Assembly (NCBI RefSeq): GCF_009914755.1
Contig: NC_060940.1
Source of the DNA: the human T2T-CHM13v2.0 reference genome, Homo sapiens
Strand: one strand, 5' to 3'
Length of the DNA: 64,000 nucleotides
Both the position numbers and the translations under genes were made by a program. Under the pieces are notes generated by a model that was given only the letters and a program-made list of their open reading frames with translations, did not search any database and was not told the DNA's origin. Each line of letters opens with the position of its first letter. Position 1 is the stretch's first letter. Positions 14,524 to 64,000 of this stretch are shown here, in pieces.

Positions 14524-14650
14524 CTTGGGGCAGGCAGAGGGGATTAGGGGTCGCGGGCGGATGAGTCGGCCAGACAAGCGGGGCCAGTGAGCAGCTAAAA
14601 AGTCCTCTGCTAGGCTTCACGTCTGTACTTCCTGCTTTCGCTTTCGCCTT
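13190..14650. promoter_or_regulatory. CpG island over the PSMB10 5' half
   Basis: Dense CpG and GC content by eye. Confidence 0.75.
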
Positions 14651-14702
14651 TACCCTTCCTCAAAGGCCCGTGGCGGTTTTCTGCATCTTGTCTTTCACTT
14701 TT
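14627..14702 (-). promoter_or_regulatory. PSMB10 promoter IRF-E/ISRE elements plus ETS site
   Basis: Minus strand reads CGAAAGCGAAAGCAGGAAGT (14646-14627) and AAAAGTGAAAG (14702-14692). Confidence 0.75.
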
Positions 14703-15388
14703 GGCTTCACTTGTGGCTCTGAGCATTTGGGGAACCGGGTGATGTCCCTTGCTGTGCCCTCTGTGCTGCTCACTGGGTACTCTGTTGGATAGAGGGACAA
14801 ATCTCTTCCCTTCTGGACTTGTTCAGGTCCTCCTCCCCCTCCATCTGAGCCCCTTGCTCTTACCCTAGCCTCAACTCTGACCTCCAGTCCCAGCATAGTA
14901 AAGCTCTCAGAGCCTTGGCCAAGTCAGCATTGTTGCTGGCCACCCAGTAGCATCAGGCATAGCTGACTTTTGTTCCTTGTCACCTTTCTTCCAACTCTTG
15001 CCTCTTTTGTTGCCTTTACTCCTCTGCAAAAACCTCAAACAGAGGCTCAGTCCTCAGTCACAGGGACCCTGGTCTTTCCATCTTCCATCTCAGGTGCCAT
15101 CTTCCCTCTCTCAAGAGGGCACCATGGGTGTTGGGTTCCACTCATGGCCAAGCCTTGTTATTTCACCTCCCCAGTGACCTCTTGTCTGCACACATCCTTT
15201 TCCTAGCACTTCTAGTCTCAGCTAGCATCCTCTCCCACCTGGACATTGCACTGGCCTCCCTGGTTACCTTGCAATTCTTGCCCCCCGCCCCCCGACCCCC
15301 AGGCTACTCCTTACCCTGCAGAGAGCGGGTCTTTCTAAATTGGAAATCTGGTCACATTCTTTCTCTGGTTTAAACCCTTCAGCAGTCT

Positions 15389-16428
<1,040 letters not shown>

Positions 16429-16445
16429 TCAAGTCAAACCCAAGT

Positions 16446-16747
<302 letters not shown>

Positions 16748-16959
16748 GAACCCAAGTCTTTACAGTGGTCCATTACTCTTCTTGTCACTCTGACCTCAGT
16801 GTAGGCACTGCCTCCTCTGGGAAGTCTTTGCTGACCTGAAAGGCTCAGCCTCTTGTGCTTCCTAAGCTTTTCTCAGAGCATTTAGCTTCATTAGTAATTA
16901 AACTTCCATTAGTGAAATGATCTGATTAATGGTTGTCACTCCCAGATTTTAATTCTAAC

Positions 16960-17285
16960 TTTTTTTTTTTTTTTTTTTTTTGAGACCCAGTCTCTTTTTT
17001 TTTGAGACAGTCTCATTCTGCCGCCCAGTCTGGAGTGCAACGACGTGATCTCGGCTCACAGTGACCTCCACCTCCCAGGTTCAAATGATTCTCGTGCCTC
17101 AGCCTCCTGAGTAGCTGGGACGACAGATGCATGCCACCACGCCTGGCAAATATTTTGTATTTTAGTAGAGACGGGGGTTTCTGCCATGTTGGCCTGGCTG
17201 GTCTCAAACTCCTGAGTTCAGGTGATCCGCCTGCCTCGGTCTCCCAAAGTGCCAGGATTACAGGCGTGAGCCACCGTGCCCGGCC
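16960..17285 (-). mobile_element. AluS
   Basis: Alu consensus. Confidence 0.85.
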
Positions 17286-17675
17286 TCTAAACACTTGTGG
17301 CCCTGTCATTCACCCAGCACTCAAAAGGTCGTCTCACCTGCCCTTTTGGGAGCTGGGAGAGACAGCTCAAATTGTCACCGCCCCCCCACCGCCCCGTGCT
17401 CCTCTGACAGGGCTGTGGGTGGAGCCAGCTCCAGTCCCCGCGCCCAGCACAGAGGCAGGCACGGTGCACACTGCCTCAACAGCTCGACCAGGAGAGTGGG
17501 CAGCTGTACATCTAGGGTGCCCAGCTCAGTCCCAGGCCTCAGCAGAGCCCATCTTGCCTCACTGCACACAGCACTGAGCCTGTGGCTGGTGAGGAGTGAA
17601 ACCTAGTGTGGGACTCTAGTGCCTCCCTTCAACCTGAAACATAGCCATCAGGGCTTACGGTAGCAAAGGAAGGTC

Positions 17676-22100
<4,425 letters not shown>

Positions 22101-22118
22101 CCCAGAACTACACAATGT

Positions 22119-22124
22119 TTTATT
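22119..22124 (-). terminator. PolyA signal AATAAA (SLC12A4)
   Basis: tttatt about 490 nt past the TGA. Additional AU-rich TATTTATTG x2 at 22278-22297. Confidence 0.8.
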
Positions 22125-22612
22125 GAAAAAGTCAGGCCTCAGCTCAGCTGTCTCCATTCGGCTCAGCTTGGTGGGGGGCCCTGCCCATAGTAGACTGAGC
22201 CAGATCTTCCTGCAGGCAGCTGGGCTGGACTCCCTCCCTGGCTACCCTTCCCTTCGTCTCTGATGGTGACATCCAAACAATAAATATGCAATAAATAGCG
22301 CTCCTGGGCTGGGCCGGGCCGGCTGCCTTCAAACCCCACTCGGCCCCTACCAGTCTTCTCTGGCCAGGACAGGCCTACTGGGGTGCTAGATAGTAAAGTC
22401 CCCAAACATCCCAGGGTCCCACAAGACCTGGGATCCATCTCCATTTTGAGGCCCAGGCCTGGTTTCCAAGGAGACCTAGCAAAGCTGGGTCCAGGACAGG
22501 GCCAGGCAAGCAGGGCTGGCAGGTGGGTGCTGGGAAGAGGCTGTTACCCCAGACCACAGCTTGTTATGTCCTGGCCAAGACCTCGACTCCAGGCCACAAG
22601 ATGACACTGGGC

Positions 22613-46326
<23,714 letters not shown>

Positions 46327-47757
46327 CGTGCGGGCTCGGCCCCGCCGCACCCGCCGTCCCAGCCGCCCGCCGCTGTCCCCGCCGCTGTCCCCGCCGCCCC
46401 GGGCCGACACGCCCCGCCCGCTCGCATTCCTCCCCGCTGCGCTCACTTCCTCCGCCCGCCCCCCGGGCCGCCCCTCGGGGGCGGAGAGCGGGAGGGGCTC
46501 GGCCGGCTCCTCCCAGAGCGGGGGCCCTGGTGGCGGGAAGACCCCTGGGCGGGAGCACTCCTAGTGGCTCCACGGCCTGGGGGCGGGCCCGATTCCTGTG
46601 TGACCTCGGGTGAGAGGCCGCCCTCTCTGAGCCCCAGATGCAACATTTGTAAAATGGGGGAAACACACTTCCACCTCGGGGTTGTTTTAGGGCTCCGTGA
46701 GATGGGTCGCGGAGTGTCCTGGCTCTGCGCCCTGGGCTTACGAAGCGCTCTGTTACTTAGGGACGGGGCAGGGTAGGCCGGACCGGCCCAGGACTGCAGA
46801 AGCCACCTGCCCAGGGCCTCCCACCAACCCCGTATACCTCCTTCCCATTTCCAGCGTCTGCATCCCATTTCTCCGCGACCCTGGGAACCAGACCCCCGCG
46901 AAGGTCCCGTCCCAGCCCTGGGCCCTCTAGCTGCAGCCTCTCCTGTTGGAGGCAGCTGGGGATTCTCGGTCCCTCCCCAGGGGCTGCTGCGTCCTCCGCA
47001 GGAAGAACACGCACACCCACCCTTCCCCGCCCCGCTTGCCTCGCTTGCCTTTTTGGGACAGTGCACTGGGTGCTGTAGCCAAGTCCCTTCATTTTAACTT
47101 TCTCTATCTCGCCTCCTGGGTGTTCCTCTATCCAAGCCGTTTACTTATTTGCTTTTAACGTTTCTTTCACTTTCTTCTCCACTGCTTCAGATTACTTATC
47201 TAGCTGGCTTTACTATTTTTTTCTCTATCAGAAAACCCCAGAGCCCATCTTACTTGTCTATCTCCACTCTTCTCCCTCGCGTGGCTCGGGTGGCGTCCTC
47301 TGACTACGCCTACTGCCAGCCTCCAGCCCTTGGGGTGGGGGGTACGGAATCAGAGCCGCTGGGCCCCGCAAGACGACCCCCGAGCTTACCACCCTCTGAC
47401 CCCTCCCCCAGGGCCCCCGCAGCGGGCCCGCCGACCTGACCCCCCCGCCCCTCACGCCACCTTCGGCCGCCCACAGTAGCGGCCTTCCTACTGGACTCCC
47501 TGCCCTCGCCCCTGCTCACGTAGAGCCGCCTCTTCTGAAGGAAAATCCTACTAGCTCCGGGCCCATAAGGCCCTGCCCAATGCGGCCGGACCCCGACCTC
47601 TGCAGGCGCATCCCTCGCCACCCACCTCGCAGCCTCAGCCCTTCAAATCTCTCTCTCTCACCTGAGACCTATAGTTTCTGGGCATCACCCACTGTTCACT
47701 CTGGGGGACATCTACCTAGCCTCTGTCCCTACCCTCACTTATCAAATTCCTGATCCA

Positions 47758-53119
<5,362 letters not shown>

Positions 53120-53450
53120 GAGTTATTATTTACTCTATAAACAGTATCAGCTTCTAAAAAAAAATTTAACCTTTCGAAGAGAAACTGGGAAGCACCCCAC
53201 TGTCACACTCCACGAAGGGACTGAAACTGAACGTTTTTGTGTACTTCTGTGGGCTCAAGCTTTTAGCTTAAGAATTTCATAAGATGCCTCTGGCCTTCCT
53301 GAGACAGTCAAAGCTGGAGGTGAGTGGGAACCACCCACCTTGAGCAGCTGTGGCTAGACCACAAGATCCCTCACTGACCAAGAGCCCACCTGCCCCCAAT
53401 CCCGCTAGGGAGAAGGAAGGACATGTGCACCTGGCTCCATGTGTAACATG

Positions 53451-53456
53451 TTTATT
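53451..53456 (-). terminator. PolyA signal AATAAA (DPEP3)
   Basis: tttatt about 80 nt past the TGA. Confidence 0.85.
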
Positions 53457-53537
53457 CTCAGCATATGCTTGTGAATGAACTAGGAGAGGGGGCTTTGTGA
53501 GGCTTTGCCACAGTGACCTCTGCGGGGACCGACTGTG

Positions 53538-58153
<4,616 letters not shown>

Positions 58154-58610
58154 GTTGCGCGGGGGTCGGCCGCGGGAGCCTGGGAGGAGCAGGCGATGGG
58201 CAGAGGCCGACAATGGGGTCCGGATCATGACGACCCAGCCTCCCGAAGAGGGGGTTGAAGTCACGCGACTCTGAGACCGACGCGCCACGCAAGGGGGCGC
58301 CACGGCTTTTCCGCCCCCAAGCAGGAGAGCGCCCCCATGGGCCGGAACCGCCGCTGCAGCGTCGAGGACTCCTCGCCCTTCCACCCCCAGCGCTGGCTCC
58401 GTAGACCCCCACACGAGTGGGGGAGGAGGCCAGGCAGGGAACTAGTAGGGGCCCAGGGATCTTCCTGATCTCACCTCCTACCCAGGCCCACGTGGCGGTT
58501 AGCTGCCGGCTTGTGCCCAGCTCCTAGGCAGGTCAAATATTCTAAGCTGCGACTCAGAAGAGTTAATTCGGTCTGTCTGGTTTGATGGACAGAAAGATTC
58601 CCTATAGGTA

Positions 58611-58678
58611 TTTCATTTCATTTCATTTCATTTCATTTCATTTCATTTCATTTCATTATTTCATTTCATCTCATTTCA
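58611..58678 (+). repeat. (TTTCA)n pentanucleotide repeat forming an Alu tail
   Basis: 9 perfect units at 58611-58655, then TTA, 2 units, TCTCA, 1 unit. Confidence 0.95.
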
Positions 58679-58680
58679 GT

Positions 58681-59833
<1,153 letters not shown>

Positions 59834-59876
59834 GAATATTTTTTTCTATATATATGTTAGTATACAGACACAAAAA

Positions 59877-61230
59877 TGAGAGGTGACAGCGTGCTGGCAG
59901 CCCTCACAGCCCTCGCTCCCTCTCGGCACCTCCTCGGCCTTGGCGCCCACTCTGGCCGCGTTTGAGGAGCCCTTCAGCCCGTCGCTGCACTGTGGGAGCC
60001 CCTTTCTGGGCTGGACAAGGCTGGAGCCGGCTCCCTCAGCTTGCGGGTAGGTGTGGAGAGAGAGGCGTGGGCGGGAACCGTGGCTGCAGGCTGCGCTTGC
60101 GGGCCAGCTCGAGTTCCGGGTGGGCGTGGGCTTGGCAAGCCCCGCACTCGGAGCGGCCAGCCGGCCCGGGCAGTGAGGAGCTTAGCACCTGGGCCAGCAG
60201 CTGCTGTGCTCGACTTCTCGCTGGGCCTTAGCTGCCTCCCCGCCGGGCAGGGCTCGGGACCTGCAGCCCTCCATGCCTGAGCCTCCACCCCCGCCGTGCG
60301 CTCCTGTGCAGCCCAAGCCTCCCCGACGAGCGCCAACCCCTGTTCCACGGCGCCCAGTCCCATCGACTGCCCAAGGGCTGAGGAGTGCGGGCACACGGCG
60401 CCGGACTGGCAGGCAGCTCCACCTGCGGCCCCGGTGCAGCATCCACTGGGTGAAGCCAGCTGGGCTCCTGAGTCTGGTGGGGACTTGGAGAATCTTTATG
60501 TCTAGCTAAGGGATTGTAAATACACCAATCAGCACTCTGTATGTAGCTCAAGGTTTGTAAACACACCAATCAGCACCCTGTGTCTAGCTCCGGGGTTGTG
60601 AATGCACCAATCGACACTCTGTATCTAGCTAATCTAGTGGGGACGTGGAGAACTTTTGTGTCTAGCTCAGGGATTGTAAACGCACCAGTCAGCACCCTGT
60701 CAAAACGGGCCCATCAGCTCTCTGTAAAACAGACCAATCAGCTCTCTGTAAAATGGACCAATCAGCAGGATGTGGGTGGGGCCAGATAAGACAATAAAAG
60801 CAGGCTGCCCGCTCTTTCAGTAGCAACTTGCTGGGGTTCTCTTCCAGGCAGTGGGAGGTTTGTTCTTTTGCTGTTTGCAATGGCTGTTGCTGCTATTCCG
60901 TTTTTGGATCCATACTGTATGAGCTGTAATACTCACTGCGAAGGTCTGCAGCTTCACTCCCGAAGCCAGCGAGGCCATGAACCCACGGAGAGGAACGAAG
61001 AACTCCGGACTCGGCGCCTTGAGACCTGTGACACCACGAAGGTCTTCAGCTTCACTTCTGAGCCTGCGAGACCGCGAACCCACCAGAAGGAAGAAACTCC
61101 GAACACATCCAACCATCAGAAGGAACAAATTCCGGACACGCCACCTTTAAGAACTGTAACACTCACCGCGAGGGTCTGTGGCTTCATTCTTGAAGTCAGT
61201 GAGACCAAGAACCCACCAATTCCGGACACA
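59877..61230 (+). mobile_element. Solo LTR12 (ERV9; LTR12C-like)
   Basis: Starts TGAGAGGTGACAGCGTGCTGGCAG and ends CCAATTCCGGACACA. TG...CA termini, AAAA target duplication, CpG-rich U3, ~41-bp CCAATCAG tandem units, GATAAG..AATAAAAG core promoter at about 60785-60800. Confidence 0.92.
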
Positions 61231-61752
61231 AAAAGACCCCAGAAGAGTCTACACATCAAATGTTAGTTAGCAGTTATCCTCTCGGGAAGAGATCTACCTG
61301 CACCCTGATCAGTTTGCATCTCATTTCTTTATTATGGTGATACTGGCTAAGGGAAATCATGGGTAGTGCTGGTGAGGGCTAATCAGGGTCATGGGGGTTG
61401 GGGGAGGCACCACAGCAGTAGCTGAACCTTGCTTCAAAGGTCTGGATCGGGCATGGAGGAGTGGAGAGGGGATCCAGGGTTGGCTAACAGCCCAGCAGAG
61501 GTCTAGTTTGGGCATTACAACAACTGTTGTGGAGGAGGCACAGGTGGATTCTCTAAGGCATGGAGTTGAGGGACAAGATCAGACTAGGTCTCTTGGTCCT
61601 GAGAGCATGAGGGGGCTTGGTCTGACACGTTATTTCACCTGGGGCAGAAATCCTCCTTAAAGACAATACAAGGCTAGCTTCCAGCAGCTCCTCGTCATTT
61701 CCTGTTGAAAAAATCCTGGTGCAGGGGAAATAGATCTCAAAACTGCATCTGG

Positions 61753-62656
<904 letters not shown>

Positions 62657-63009
62657 CCCTGAATCTGGGTAGCATCTGAACTTCCTGGGCCAGTTGCTGC
62701 TGAGAAAGGCCAATGACACAGACCGAATCTAAATTATCTTCCCTCTGCGTCTGTGTCTGTCTCTTGTTTTTCCACCTGGGCTCCCTGATAAGTGGGCATC
62801 CCCTTCTGGGCACCTCAAGAAGGGCCTTGGCCTCTGGCGACCACTTCCCCTTGTTGGTTGCTGTCTGCTCCTCCTCATGCCTGGGGGTTAATGGCCAAGT
62901 GTGACCCAGCTGCTTCTAGCTTTGGTTCTCTCAGGAAGGGCAGAGAAAGGTCATGTTTATTTTGGTCTCCCATAAATCTCCCCGGCCTGCCCAGAAGGTC
63001 TTTATTTAA

Positions 63010-63780
<771 letters not shown>

Positions 63781-64000
63781 AGTATTATTTTAATGGGCAG
63801 CCCCCAGAACTGGAAGAGGTTCAGAGGACTCCCTATTTCCTACATTAGACATGTGAAAAGGACAGGGCATGAAGTTACAATTAATTTTTTAAATGTTATC
63901 AAAATAATACATAAGCACAGTTTAAAATGTTTGCTTATGGTTGGCTAGGTAAATCAAAGTTACCCTACTCCATCTGGGCACAGTGGCTTACTCCTGTAAT

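Noticed and set aside
22279-22295. Two + strand AATAAA as the end of an antisense transcript
   Set aside because: More simply explained as AU-rich elements of the SLC12A4 3'UTR; no evidence of a + strand gene.
60499-60770. Regularly spaced ~41-bp repeats resembling a CRISPR array
   Set aside because: No unique spacers; these are LTR12 U3 enhancer repeats in a eukaryotic genome.
59960-61266. ORFs within the LTR as possible retroviral genes
   Set aside because: Solo LTR; no gag/pol/env motifs.

Overview
Human-type (primate) genomic DNA, GC-rich and Alu-dense. I recognise it from the encoded proteins as the tight 16q22.1 cluster. It holds the last exon and 3'UTR of PSKH1 (+), followed by five complete minus-strand genes: CTRL (7 exons, 264 aa), PSMB10 (8 exons, 273 aa), LCAT (6 exons, 440 aa), SLC12A4/KCC1 (24 exons, 1085 aa) and DPEP3 (10 exons, 488/513 aa). 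Exon boundaries were read by hand, and the exon lengths add up to intact ORFs. There are also dozens of Alus (one AluYb8), a solo LTR12 and old L1/L2/MIR remnants. I found no unknown multi-gene system, CRISPR or RNA gene. The most interesting signals are finer-scale: (1) a cryptic ~1 kb Alu-Alu inversion shown by two inverted TSD pairs; (2) a 174-codon overlapping upstream ORF across SLC12A4 exons 1-4; (3) two U12 introns, a GAG acceptor and two alternative first exons in SLC12A4; (4) a 9-mer that could be both a PSKH1 ARE and a CTRL polyA signal; (5) a 95-nt Alu cassette exon in LCAT; (6) active-site loss in DPEP3; (7) a (TTTCA)n Alu tail; and (8) several local templated duplications. Repeat boundaries are approximate (by eye).
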